Program-made: the position numbers and the translations under genes
The notes under the pieces: generated by a model
Told to the model about the DNA's origin: nothing
Database searches by the model: none
Seen by the model: only the letters and a program-made list of their open reading frames with translations
Source: a virus
Strand: one strand, 5' to 3'
DNA length: 64,000 bases
IMG/VR virus record: IMGVR_UViG_3300029319_000007
In this document: positions 27,764-37,642 of the stretch, piece after piece
How positions within the stretch are numbered: position 1 is the stretch's first letter
Layout: each line of letters begins with the position of its first letter

Positions 27764-28435
27764 TTATGCTAGTGTTGCACCTTCTTTAGCGACAACATAC
27801 CATTTACTGTTTGTAAATAAACAGATAACAGAATCACCTACATTTGTAAGTGTAATTGTTGAATCGTTAAAGTTAGTTGGTGTAATAACTGACGAACCTC
27901 CGTCAGTCACATGAATAATAAACTTCAATTGTCCTTCGACACCATCTGCAAGAGTTAATGCCTGAGAAGCACCTGTTGAAGTCACCTCTGTGATTGCTGA
28001 TACAACATCAACTGCACCTGCACCTGAAAGTGCTTGTGTTAAACCAAATACTGGCGTTGCGTTAATTTGTACATTGTCAGCAGAAGCGTCTACCAAGAAA
28101 GCAGTAGAGTAAGAATTTGTTTCTGCTCTAAAGTCTGTTTGACCACTTGCTTCGTTGATTACAACTTCTCTGTTTGCACCATCAACTCTTAATGCTTCTT
28201 CATTATCGTTTGATACGATAAAGTCTGAATTAGTTGCGTCACTATTAAAAGTGATATTCGAACCTGCACCTGGATTGATTGTGACTGCTGTAGGGATGTT
28301 TGCCATGAAACTCGCTACAGATATTTTTTTGTTTATTGGTGTTCCTGATGGATCATCAATAACATGTAGTAAATCAGCACTTGCAATATTACCTGATCCT
28401 AGATCAGTAAGTGCTGTGATTTTTTTATCTGCCAT
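27764..28435 (-). CDS. virion structural protein (fiber/decoration-like)
   Basis: [11 protein letters not shown]-terminus; Ala/Thr/Ser/Gly-rich beta composition. Confidence 0.65.
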   Translation of the reverse strand: MADKKITALTDLGSGNIASADLLHVIDDPSGTPINKKISVASFMANIPTAVTINPGAGSNITFNSDATNSDFIVSNDNEEALRVDGANREVVINEASGQTDFRAETNSYSTAFLVDASADNVQINATPVFGLTQALSGAGAVDVVSAITEVTSTGASQALTLADGVEGQLKFIIHVTDGGSSVITPTNFNDSTITLTNVGDSVICLFTNSKWYVVAKEGATLA

Positions 28436-28503
28436 TTTTATCTCCTATAAACCCTCTCGGGAATGCTACTGAGAGTATGCATATGCTTTTCTCTCATCAT
28501 TAA

Positions 28504-28524
28504 GAGGGCGAATAACTCGCCCTC
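28504..28524 (-). terminator. GC-rich intergenic hairpin
   Basis: GAGGGCGA-GTTAT-TCGCCCTC just after the stop of the upstream structural gene. Confidence 0.55.
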
Positions 28525-28538
28525 GATTAATTTATTTA

Positions 28539-29135
28539 TTATGCTGCTACTGTAATACTTCCTGCCGCTGTACCAATCGCCGCTGAGTGCGTGATTGTTG
28601 CGTTAGTAGTAGATGTTGCAACATCTTTAATTGTACCTGAGTTTAGTGCGACTGCGTTAGCACCAATAACTAGAATATCACCTGCATTTGTAGCAGCGTT
28701 TGCCGCACCAATCGCTAGTGAGAATACTAATTCGTTAGTACCAGTTCCTGAAGCATATGCTAATGCATGTGGTCCTCTTCCTGATCCTGAACCTTGGTTT
28801 CCGTTAGTCACTGCTAGAGTAGGTGTACCGCCTGATGTAGATACTACAACTGGTTCGTTAAATCTTACTCTTGCGCTTAGTGTACCACCTTCTGATTTAT
28901 CAAAAGATGTTGAAATAAACTCGATTTCTGTTATGTCCGCAGCACCTAGTGAAGCAGATAGACCGCCTATTGCGACTAAAACTTCTTCGTCTGCTGAGGT
29001 GTTGTCATTTCCTGATAATGCTGAACCCGCTTCTCTTACCCAACCTTTTGTATTAGCAAAGACTTCTTTTTTCTCTGCTGTAGTAAGGTTCTTAGGTTTG
29101 GATTCGTCACTATCACTTGCTCCCCATAGTCCCAT
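28539..29135 (-). CDS. virion structural protein (Ig-like/decoration)
   Basis: MGLWG...KP...GWV...EVLVAIGGL and YASGTGTNELVF; late promoter and AAGGAG RBS. Confidence 0.7.
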   Translation of the reverse strand: MGLWGASDSDESKPKNLTTAEKKEVFANTKGWVREAGSALSGNDNTSADEEVLVAIGGLSASLGAADITEIEFISTSFDKSEGGTLSARVRFNEPVVVSTSGGTPTLAVTNGNQGSGSGRGPHALAYASGTGTNELVFSLAIGAANAATNAGDILVIGANAVALNSGTIKDVATSTTNATITHSAAIGTAAGSITVAA

Positions 29136-29177
29136 TTTGTTTCTCCTTAATTAAGTGTTTAGTTATATAACTAAAGA

Positions 29178-29768
29178 CTATTTATAACCTATCTTCTTTA
29201 GGTCTGCAATTGCTTGACTTGCTGACTTATATTTCACAGGTATTCCTTTGTTTTTCTTCCACTCTTTTACATTACGACCATAATCATCTATTAATACATT
29301 ACCATTTGCATAGATTTTTTTCTCTGCTCTACGCACTAAATGTATTTTACTTGCATCCGTGAGTTTTAAATTTCTCTGCAACCACAACTGTTTACCTTTG
29401 ATACTGTTTTTATCATAGGGTGTATATGCTGATAGAATATGAGGATTAAACTTACGAATAAAAAACCACAGTTTTTGACCATCTTTAGTCCACGGTAAAG
29501 TTGGCCAGAACATTTTATAATTTGTTATTGGTTCCCACTTTTGTGCTGAAAGTGGTGCATTGATCCAATCGTCTGTATCTTTGTATCCTGCCATTTGCAT
29601 GGGACCAGGCATACTCGGATCTTTTGACTTTAGTTTAAACATATTATCTATGCCTTTTCTAAAGTCACAAAGAACACCGTCCATGTCACAGTATATAGTA
29701 GGGAGACTATCTGCTTCTTGGACTAATGTTATTCCTTTAATAGTCTCCGCCAAAGCGGAGTATTTCAT
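29178..29768 (-). CDS. HAD-family 5'(3')-nucleotidase/phosphatase
   Basis: YCDMDGVLCDF, ILSA, GK..W and LIDD motifs. Confidence 0.85.
   Translation of the reverse strand: MKYSALAETIKGITLVQEADSLPTIYCDMDGVLCDFRKGIDNMFKLKSKDPSMPGPMQMAGYKDTDDWINAPLSAQKWEPITNYKMFWPTLPWTKDGQKLWFFIRKFNPHILSAYTPYDKNSIKGKQLWLQRNLKLTDASKIHLVRRAEKKIYANGNVLIDDYGRNVKEWKKNKGIPVKYKSASQAIADLKKIGYK
29179..29186 (-). promoter_or_regulatory. T4 late promoter TATAAATA
   Basis: Exact consensus upstream of a structural gene. Confidence 0.65.
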
Positions 29769-30355
29769 TACTTTTTACTTTTTCTCAACATTGCGAAATC
29801 TTTTCCGTCAATATCTCCATCTTTGTCTTTATCTAATTTCTTTTGACCACCTACTAATTTTTCATCAACTTCTTTATCTTCTTCTTTTTCTTTTGCTTTG
29901 ATTGCTTTCTGTAAAGCAGGAGGTAATTTCTTTTGTTTATCAGTTAACTCTTTTTGTGTTGCTTCAGGTGTATAAAACATATCTTTGATTGTGTCAACTA
30001 GAGATTTTACTTTCTGCATTTTAGCGTCTTCAATCTTTTTGTTTAAATCTTCACCATGCACTTTTACAGGTTTGTCTTCACCTTTAGCGTCATCTTGATT
30101 TTTCTTTCTCATATCTTTAGCAGTATTTTCGTCATCTTTCTGCCCAGGTTTATGAGTTGCTTTCATCATCTTACCTTCTTTAGCAAGTTGTTCTTTTGCT
30201 TTTTCTGCTTGAACAACAGCACTATCCATAACTTCTGGTTTACCACCTTGCTGTTCGTTTTGTTTATTTGTGATATCTGCAATCACGGATGCTAGAGACC
30301 CTTTCTTTGGTTCACCAAAGTATGTTGGGTTCCAACCTTGTATTTTTTTACTCAT
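29768..30355 (-). CDS. putative internal head protein with EF-hand-like tail
   Basis: Highly charged; QKKLPPALQKAI and LDKDKDGDIDGKDF modules. Confidence 0.55.
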   Translation of the reverse strand: MSKKIQGWNPTYFGEPKKGSLASVIADITNKQNEQQGGKPEVMDSAVVQAEKAKEQLAKEGKMMKATHKPGQKDDENTAKDMRKKNQDDAKGEDKPVKVHGEDLNKKIEDAKMQKVKSLVDTIKDMFYTPEATQKELTDKQKKLPPALQKAIKAKEKEEDKEVDEKLVGGQKKLDKDKDGDIDGKDFAMLRKSKK

Positions 30356-30365
30356 TTTATTCTCC

Positions 30366-32150
30366 CTATAAGTCTGTGAATTTTATTTTACCACGAGGCA
30401 TTTTAATGCCAAACTTATCTCTGACCATATCTACTACCTCTGGTGGCATAAAATAGTTTAACATATTTGCTAAACTTTGTTTTTCGTCTTTTCGACCCCT
30501 CATCATTTTTGCTATTCTTGCATAAACTTTAGGATCAACTTCTTTAAATTTACCTTTTTGTTCATCTACTTCTTCAGCAAATAATTCTAGATACGGAACA
30601 AATTCTTCTGGTAATTGTTCCCATTTCATTCCGTGATACATGATTAATGCTGCTTTTGCACCTGATGATAAAAGAGGTATATCTTCTTTCGCAAGTTTTA
30701 ATAGATTTGCTTTTGGAAATCTTTTCATCATTCCTCTTAACTGTTTAAATCTTTCAGGATTAATATTTCTTGTTTTACCCCTTAAAGATTCATACTCTTT
30801 TTTCAATCTTGCTATTTGTTTGTCAGTAAATTCAATTATAAATTCATTTTCTTCAGTCATGAAACTTCCATCAATTTGATCAATGTTTGCCATGAACTTA
30901 GACAATTGTTTACCATTGCCTGTGACTTTATATACATTATTACCTGCTTTTTTTACTTTAGCACCTGCTCTTTGTGCTACTGCGTTCATTTGTTTTTCAG
31001 ATTGACGATCAAGACCAGTTTTAGTATCGTATGATTTAATTGTCACAGTTGCTTCATTGACATCTTTTGAAGGATCAAATTCAGAAACACGAAAAGTTGA
31101 TGGTGCTTGTACTCTGTCAGATGTTCTTTGAATAAATTCTATTTCAATATCATCAAGATTACCACCGCCACCTGGACCTATTTTTCTTTTATCTCTTGCC
31201 TTTTCTAATTCTTTTTCTGCTTTTTGTTCAGCAGACTTTTCATTAGGTGCGTCAATGACCATTTCAAAACCATCATAACCTCTTATACCTTTATATGATA
31301 CTTGACCCTCTATTTGCCATCTTGCTTCTTCTATTGATTCTGCTTTTATTTCAGCACCATAAAAGTTTTTCATATCTGTAGCAAATTTATTAAGGTCTGC
31401 ACCTTTACCATCTATTTTAAAACTTTTTCCATCTCTCATTTTATCAATTCTAAAACCTGTTTTCTTACCAAACCTTTTTATATCGTCCATTGCCTTGCGT
31501 CTTTTTAAAGGATCTTTAATGGTAACAACCATTTTCTTAAATTCTTCTAAATCATTTTTTTCAACTGCAAGTATTTGAGGTCTAAACTTTTTCATAATCA
31601 TTTTATGAACTCTTGTAAAGTCTTCTTTACCAGCGTCAAACACTATGATACCTCTATTTTCACCATCTGAATTGATATCTAGATTTCTAGGTACACCTGT
31701 ATTCATTGCTTGAACAAATCTTACAGCGTCAACTGCTTGTTTAGAGTTTCTAAATTTGTATTCTATATACTCAACTTTTTCTTCTAAATCTGTATCCTCA
31801 TCAGACTTTTGAATATCTTGCATTTGTTTTTTCAATACTGCAAGTTTCTTTATCTTGTCTATTTTCTTTTTTGCCTGATCGATAGGATCTTCTTGTTCAC
31901 CCTCTTGTTCTTTAACTAATTTTTGAATTTCTTTACCAGCAATATAATCAGGCAATACTTTTTCTAAAGACTTTTCTATGTCCATAGACCTCATTACATC
32001 TCTTTTGAACTTGTCAGCAAACCCCTTCATCTGCCTGTCTTTTTTCATCTTTGCAATGACTTTATTAACTTTCATTGAAAGGTCTTTCATTCTGCCTTCT
32101 TGCGCTTGCATTTCAGACAATATCTGTGCCATTGATTGATTATATCTCAT
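30366..32150 (-). CDS. large modular putative internal head protein
   Basis: Repeated small domains separated by L/I/V-x-E sites; late promoter and GGAG RBS. Confidence 0.55.
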   Translation of the reverse strand: MRYNQSMAQILSEMQAQEGRMKDLSMKVNKVIAKMKKDRQMKGFADKFKRDVMRSMDIEKSLEKVLPDYIAGKEIQKLVKEQEGEQEDPIDQAKKKIDKIKKLAVLKKQMQDIQKSDEDTDLEEKVEYIEYKFRNSKQAVDAVRFVQAMNTGVPRNLDINSDGENRGIIVFDAGKEDFTRVHKMIMKKFRPQILAVEKNDLEEFKKMVVTIKDPLKRRKAMDDIKRFGKKTGFRIDKMRDGKSFKIDGKGADLNKFATDMKNFYGAEIKAESIEEARWQIEGQVSYKGIRGYDGFEMVIDAPNEKSAEQKAEKELEKARDKRKIGPGGGGNLDDIEIEFIQRTSDRVQAPSTFRVSEFDPSKDVNEATVTIKSYDTKTGLDRQSEKQMNAVAQRAGAKVKKAGNNVYKVTGNGKQLSKFMANIDQIDGSFMTEENEFIIEFTDKQIARLKKEYESLRGKTRNINPERFKQLRGMMKRFPKANLLKLAKEDIPLLSSGAKAALIMYHGMKWEQLPEEFVPYLELFAEEVDEQKGKFKEVDPKVYARIAKMMRGRKDEKQSLANMLNYFMPPEVVDMVRDKFGIKMPRGKIKFTDL

Positions 32151-32167
32151 TTTTCTCTCCATTGTAC

Positions 32168-32175
32168 TATTTATA
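32168..32175 (-). promoter_or_regulatory. T4 late promoter TATAAATA
   Basis: Exact consensus between genes. Confidence 0.7.
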
Positions 32176-32532
32176 CTAATTGTCTACTTTAGCGCCTGCA
32201 CGCCATTGATAACATGACCAATATCTTGCTTTGTATTTGGGTCCTGGGTTATCACAGTTATGTCTGGCACGAAAGTTTGCTCGTCTACCAGGATCATCTC
32301 TTTTGATTTCCATGTTTGGATCACCAAATCCTAACTTGATTACATTACCTTTTTCATTCTTTACATAAACATAAAACTTCTTTTTACCATCACTAGAACG
32401 AGTTGGGTTATTTAATTCTACTTTTTTGCCTTGATACTCTGCTTCTGTGATTTCTAAGTCTTCATATAAATCACAGGACTCACAATAGTCATCTATGCGT
32501 TGTACCTCTTGTAATGATTTTATTCTACTCAT
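32176..32532 (-). CDS. conserved phage protein (DUF6321-like)
   Basis: KKFYVYV...GFGDP...RRANFRARHNC...ARYWSC motif. Confidence 0.7.
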   Translation of the reverse strand: MSRIKSLQEVQRIDDYCESCDLYEDLEITEAEYQGKKVELNNPTRSSDGKKKFYVYVKNEKGNVIKLGFGDPNMEIKRDDPGRRANFRARHNCDNPGPKYKARYWSCYQWRAGAKVDN

Positions 32533-34058
32533 TAGTCTTTACCTGCTGCCCTAACTTTTGCTGCTAAGTCTGAATCTGCTTTACCCCAAGTACCGCTTGA
32601 CTTAGTGACAAAACTATTAACTCTTGCCATTGCCCATTGTTGTTGAGAAGCACCAGGTCTGTGACCACCACGCCATGCTGCCATACCTCTGTTATATACT
32701 TTCATTAATATACCATAAGGCATACCTGTTTTCTTCGCTTTGTTTCTAACACCTGTGTTCTCACTTACAACATCATCTATCATTTCAGAAACAACTTTGT
32801 CTAAATGTTCTCTCCACTCTGTGCCGTATTCATCTCTATATTTGTCTATTGTTTCTTGACTTTCTGACCATGATTTAATATCTTGTATTTCTTTTACTTC
32901 TTCTTCACCATACATTTTATCAAACTTCTTTGTAAATGTAGATGGTTTTGTTTTTGCACCTTTATCACCAGGATGTTGTCCTGATTTAGGATATGCGTCT
33001 GGATCATCATGATGTTTGCCGCCAAATCTTTTAAATGATCTGTCTCTTGTTTTTTTATCTTTCTTAGATAATGTCTTATAATATTTTTTAGGTTGTGTGC
33101 CTTTTCTTTTCTTTATATCAGGATCTTGTGCGACTGCTCTCTCATTTATTTCATCTTCGAATGATGAAAAAGATTTTAGTTGATCACTATTTTTTTGTAA
33201 TACTAGTTTCTTTTTGTCAACACTTTCTGATTGTAATTCACTATTGATTTGAGGTGCAGGATTTACTTCATCTAACCATGCTTTTTCTACACCACCATCT
33301 TCCATTTCATACTGAATATAATTAGGTCCTCTTTTAATCACTTTACCCACATTACCATTTTTTGTATTTTCAACAATATCACCCATATTAAATAAATCAT
33401 TATTGTGATAATGTTCTCTTATGTTTCGTAAATTCTCATCATCTGGTGCCATCGCCTCATTCACTCCCATACCTTTTTTTAAGTCTTTAAATAATTTCAT
33501 AGCATCTTTCTCCTTAGTGCCTGTTATTAAACCTTGTTTGAAACTTGTAAAGTCATTAGCAGAAGCATATGCTCTCATCTTACTAGCACTCATACCTTTT
33601 GCACCAGCAGCGTCAGCGTCTCTTTCGCCTGCACTCACAACATTTACTGAATCAAAGTTATAATCTTTCTTATTATATTTGTTGATTAGTGTTTTAAATT
33701 CACTAACTCTATCACTACCTGCAACCATATATACATCTGTGTATCTACTATCAAATCTATTTTTCAATATTTCCATAAATGTTCTTTCACGACCTGTTGC
33801 AGTTCTAATGTCAATACCTCGTGGATATACTTTTTTTAAGTAATCTACTTTTTGTTTAGCAGTCAGAGGATTTTTATTTTTATCTTGACTTGCACTTACA
33901 TATAGCACAGGTAAACCTTTTACCCTTTTTGCCATAGTAATAATTCTGTCTATGAGTTTTTGATGACCAATAGTAGGTGGGTTCAAACGACCAAATGCAA
34001 AAACAACTGGTTGTTTTCTACCTACTACTTTCTTCGTTAACTCACTAAACTTTTTCAT
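32532..34058 (-). CDS. cytidylyltransferase-like (HIGH superfamily) nucleotidyltransferase with C-terminal accessory modules
   Basis: FGRLNPPTIGH, KNPL, VAGSDR and MSASKMR motifs; C-terminal VYNRGMAAW...WAMARVNSF module. Confidence 0.8.
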   Translation of the reverse strand: MKKFSELTKKVVGRKQPVVFAFGRLNPPTIGHQKLIDRIITMAKRVKGLPVLYVSASQDKNKNPLTAKQKVDYLKKVYPRGIDIRTATGRERTFMEILKNRFDSRYTDVYMVAGSDRVSEFKTLINKYNKKDYNFDSVNVVSAGERDADAAGAKGMSASKMRAYASANDFTSFKQGLITGTKEKDAMKLFKDLKKGMGVNEAMAPDDENLRNIREHYHNNDLFNMGDIVENTKNGNVGKVIKRGPNYIQYEMEDGGVEKAWLDEVNPAPQINSELQSESVDKKKLVLQKNSDQLKSFSSFEDEINERAVAQDPDIKKRKGTQPKKYYKTLSKKDKKTRDRSFKRFGGKHHDDPDAYPKSGQHPGDKGAKTKPSTFTKKFDKMYGEEEVKEIQDIKSWSESQETIDKYRDEYGTEWREHLDKVVSEMIDDVVSENTGVRNKAKKTGMPYGILMKVYNRGMAAWRGGHRPGASQQQWAMARVNSFVTKSSGTWGKADSDLAAKVRAAGKD

Positions 34059-34345
34059 TTGTATTTGTCACTTTTCTTTTTTGTTCCGTCTGCTCTAGGA
34101 ATTAATCCTTTTGCTTTTAGATGTGCTTTGTCTGTAAAACCTGCCTTACCTGCTTTGTATCTTTTCATTGCGTCAGCAGTATTAGGTGCGTTTTCAGCAA
34201 ACTCTCTAAAACTTTCTTTTATCTTTGCGTCTTTAATAGGTACACAATTAGGCACCATTCTATCGCCTTTCTTTTTCATACCTACTTGTTTATAACCCGA
34301 CCAACATGCCTCGGTGATAGGATCATAAAAATCTTCATCACTCAT
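34055..34345 (-). CDS. small putative internal virion protein
   Basis: EACWSGYKQVGMKKKG..VPNCVP module; start MSDEDF with AAGGAG RBS. Confidence 0.6.
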   Translation of the reverse strand: MSDEDFYDPITEACWSGYKQVGMKKKGDRMVPNCVPIKDAKIKESFREFAENAPNTADAMKRYKAGKAGFTDKAHLKAKGLIPRADGTKKKSDKYK

Positions 34346-35013
34346 TTTGCTCTCCTTTTTTCTAACTCTTTTGTCATCCATGTTTTCGCTGTATAGTTCG
34401 TTATAGGTTGTTTAACTAGTTTACGAACCATCTTATAAGATTTTTCTAAGATATCTTCATCTGCTTTATTGTTGTCAATTACAATAAAGTTTTTTTGACC
34501 AAACAATCTCTGTAATTTACCCATGTTAGATTGTATTTGTGAATGACTTTTTTTCACAATATCCACTGGTACTGTTCTACTTCTAGCAGCATTTCTTGCT
34601 AATGCAACATCTAAACTTGTATTGACAAATATCATATAGGTATCATAACCTAATCTTTTCAATGCTGCAAGCCCTTTTTCTATCTTTTGTACATCTCTAG
34701 CGGTACTGTCAATAATTAAACCTAGTCTACCCATAATATATAAATCTAGTCTTTTTGCTGTCAAACTTTTTGATCTTGCTCTTATCTCATCTCTTTCTTT
34801 TTCCTCATCAGGTGGCATATCTAAAGATAGTCCTGCTTTCTTTAATGCTTTTTCAAATGCTGTATCTGAATTAACATTCTTCAATCCTAGACCGCCTGTT
34901 ATTTTTGAAGTGACATAAGTCTTACCTGAACCAGGACCACCGGCAAGAAAGAATGCCTTGAAGATACCTGGGTCATATAAACCTTCTTTTATAATAAATC
35001 TTTCTAGTTTCAT
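34342..35013 (-). CDS. P-loop kinase (zeta toxin/AAA_33/PNK-like)
   Basis: AGGPGSGKT, NSD, IIDST and ARNAARSR lid motifs. Confidence 0.85.
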   Translation of the reverse strand: MKLERFIIKEGLYDPGIFKAFFLAGGPGSGKTYVTSKITGGLGLKNVNSDTAFEKALKKAGLSLDMPPDEEKERDEIRARSKSLTAKRLDLYIMGRLGLIIDSTARDVQKIEKGLAALKRLGYDTYMIFVNTSLDVALARNAARSRTVPVDIVKKSHSQIQSNMGKLQRLFGQKNFIVIDNNKADEDILEKSYKMVRKLVKQPITNYTAKTWMTKELEKRRAK

Positions 35014-36239
35014 TAACCTTTATCCCAATTCTTTGCAACAGTAAAGTTTTGAAGACTAAACTCCATTCTATCTACAAGTTTTACTGCCTTACCTTTTTTA
35101 TCTACCGCAACATAACCTTCAGGATTTGTTGCCTGTAAACCATCAGAGGTTGTTTTAAATGTACCTATAGATTTTGCTTTATTTAACTTATCAATTAATA
35201 CTTTTTTTGCTGTCTGTAATGTTTTATAAGTTGCAACAGCAAAGTAAATACTTTCAGTATGATTATCAATAAATTTTAAACCTGTATCTTGTATTGTTTT
35301 ATATTTGTCTTTTGCTTTATCTGTCTTAACACCATCTATTTCTTTTTGCGTTCTCTCTTTATAAAACTCTCTAAATTTATTTGCAGTTTCTTTTGTACTT
35401 GGTAAATCAGTTGCTGCTCGTATGAAAGAGTTAAGATATGTTTTTAGTTGCACACCTACAGACAAAGTGTTTTTTTGTGTTGACATTATATTTAACATTT
35501 CTTTTGCTTTCTTTAATGAACCTGACGCCATGTTGATAGTCTTTTGTAGTGATTGACTTTCACCTATTGTCATCAACGCATTACCTGATACATCTTTATA
35601 ACTTGCGTCATCAAACCATACCTTTGATGTTTTTCTTAATTTAGATACATCAGCACCAAAACTTGTTTTTAGTTTTTCAAAACTTGCACCTTTATATGTT
35701 GTATGAAAAACAATACCTAGTTTACTAGTGTCTATCTTTTTACCAAAAGGTGTATTTTCTGGCACCATATAAACTATTGTGTTAGGTTGAAAAGAAATCA
35801 TTTGTTCAGATTTACCTGTTGGGTCTTTGTATGTTGTTTTCTTTTTTGTAGAACTAGTGTACATTAAATCACCTTGTAGTATCTGTTTCATACCTATACC
35901 AGAAAGATATTGTAAACACTCTCTTAATATATTTGCAACAGCACCATCATGATTTTTTCTTATATCTGCAATATTATAATTTACTTTAGGTGTTTTGTTA
36001 AATACAGATTTAGTACCTACAAAAAATTTACCATTTTCAGGACTAGGTCCACAAACTATCGCAGGTGCACCATCCCACTTTACAGAAACATTTACTTTTT
36101 TTTCAGAATGACCTGATAACATTTCGTTTAGTGATTCTAAAAAGGCAATTGCATTTTTACCACCCTCATGACCATTATTAATAATGTCATCTTCTAAATG
36201 TTCTAGATGTGTATTCTTATCTTCGTTTAATAGTTCCAT
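35013..36239 (-). CDS. DUF6267-like protein with covalent nucleotidyltransferase (ligase-like) motifs
   Basis: KNTHLEHLED N-terminus; KWDG, QGDLM, EGYVA and VKLVDR. Confidence 0.65.
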   Translation of the reverse strand: MELLNEDKNTHLEHLEDDIINNGHEGGKNAIAFLESLNEMLSGHSEKKVNVSVKWDGAPAIVCGPSPENGKFFVGTKSVFNKTPKVNYNIADIRKNHDGAVANILRECLQYLSGIGMKQILQGDLMYTSSTKKKTTYKDPTGKSEQMISFQPNTIVYMVPENTPFGKKIDTSKLGIVFHTTYKGASFEKLKTSFGADVSKLRKTSKVWFDDASYKDVSGNALMTIGESQSLQKTINMASGSLKKAKEMLNIMSTQKNTLSVGVQLKTYLNSFIRAATDLPSTKETANKFREFYKERTQKEIDGVKTDKAKDKYKTIQDTGLKFIDNHTESIYFAVATYKTLQTAKKVLIDKLNKAKSIGTFKTTSDGLQATNPEGYVAVDKKGKAVKLVDRMEFSLQNFTVAKNWDKG

Positions 36240-37606
36240 TATTTTACTTTTATTCCTGGTGTGTTAATGTATAGTGATTTACCTGCCCAACCACCTGCTG
36301 TTCTTGTTCTTGCTGTGATTGGTATTGAAACATCTATATCTAATAATTTGTATTTAAAAGATAAAGTGAATTGTTGTGACTTACCATCATAGGTATATTT
36401 TATTGAACCATAATTTCTTGCTTTTTTGTTTAATAGAAATTCTTTGTATTCTTCATTACTTGCAACATCTTTTATTGTAGCACTTGTTTCTGTACCAACT
36501 AAAAGTTTATAAGGACATGGTGTACTATCAGCACTATCAGGATACATGTATAATCCTATTGTGTTTAAAAAGTACATTAAATTTTTTGATGATTTTAAAT
36601 AAGAACCAAAACTATCAATTAAACTATTTCTATAACCATAATAGAAATCATCTTTATAAAAGTTTAATTTATCTTTTTTAAATTCTTTTGCCAATGTAGC
36701 GAATGATCTTTTACTAATACTCTCACTAGGTTTTTCTTTTTCGATTTTAAATTTACTTAATGCCTTCTTTGCGTTTTTACCTTTTACAGTTTTTGCTGTA
36801 TCATTCCATGCTTTATCCATTAGAGAAACAACAGCATTATATTGTTTTTTGTCTTCTAACTTTTTATAGAAACTATGAATTGCAGTATTGAATTTAGGTG
36901 TGACATCTTTACCTACTGTCGCTTTATTAGAATAACCAATATAGTCTGTCTTGCCTATTTGTAAAATAATATCACTAGGATTATTTTTATGAATACCACC
37001 AGGTTTACCACGAGCAGTCCAGAAATACTTTGTTGGTTTTTTAGGCAAATCTTTTCTAACTGCTTTTGCCATTTGATAACCTATGTTGATATCTGCCTCA
37101 GGTGTTTCATCTTTGTCTATCATTTGTTTTAAAAAATCAAAAGTTATTTCTTCCTCTGTACCTTTGACTACCATATGAATACCTGTGCCACCAGTCTTAC
37201 CACCTATGTCATTTAAAAATGTTTCAACATCAGTAAATTTAGGATACTTTGCAAAATACAAAGAACAAAATTCATTTACATTTGAGGATGCTGTAGAGTT
37301 TTTTCTAGTCTTCATGCCATAGTGACCTATGACATCTTTCATTCTGAGATTTACTGAATATGGTGTTTGTTTTTCACCATCAAATATTTGAAACGAAAAC
37401 TTACCTTTATCACTTAGAGATGTGCCTTTAGTTTTATCGACACTCTTAAACTTTAATTCTTTTTTAGGTTTGACTTCTTTTTTAACAGATTTCTCTACTT
37501 CAGGCGTGACAGTATAGAAAGGATTAAACTGCCCCTTTTGTTGATAATCTGGCGATATAGTTAATTCTCGTATGTAGTCTTTAAACTTTAACATCATTAC
37601 TCCCAT
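36239..37606 (-). CDS. hypothetical protein with capsid-targeting-like leader
   Basis: MLKFKDYIRE leader; PSDII...GYSNK suggests a PD-(D/E)xK-like nuclease. Confidence 0.55.
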   Translation of the reverse strand: MGVMMLKFKDYIRELTISPDYQQKGQFNPFYTVTPEVEKSVKKEVKPKKELKFKSVDKTKGTSLSDKGKFSFQIFDGEKQTPYSVNLRMKDVIGHYGMKTRKNSTASSNVNEFCSLYFAKYPKFTDVETFLNDIGGKTGGTGIHMVVKGTEEEITFDFLKQMIDKDETPEADINIGYQMAKAVRKDLPKKPTKYFWTARGKPGGIHKNNPSDIILQIGKTDYIGYSNKATVGKDVTPKFNTAIHSFYKKLEDKKQYNAVVSLMDKAWNDTAKTVKGKNAKKALSKFKIEKEKPSESISKRSFATLAKEFKKDKLNFYKDDFYYGYRNSLIDSFGSYLKSSKNLMYFLNTIGLYMYPDSADSTPCPYKLLVGTETSATIKDVASNEEYKEFLLNKKARNYGSIKYTYDGKSQQFTLSFKYKLLDIDVSIPITARTRTAGGWAGKSLYINTPGIKVK

Positions 37607-37642
37607 TTATATACTAAAATAACTATTTAGTCAAGGAGAAAC

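Noticed and set aside
28591-29154. 187-aa plus-strand ORF, and other plus-strand ORFs such as 5059-5463, 28155-28472, 37852-38262 and 48251-48595
   Set aside because: Antisense shadows of well-supported minus-strand genes; no RBS or recognisable motifs.
34342-35013. Zeta toxin-antitoxin module
   Set aside because: No epsilon-like antitoxin is evident, and the context fits a nucleotide or polynucleotide kinase better.
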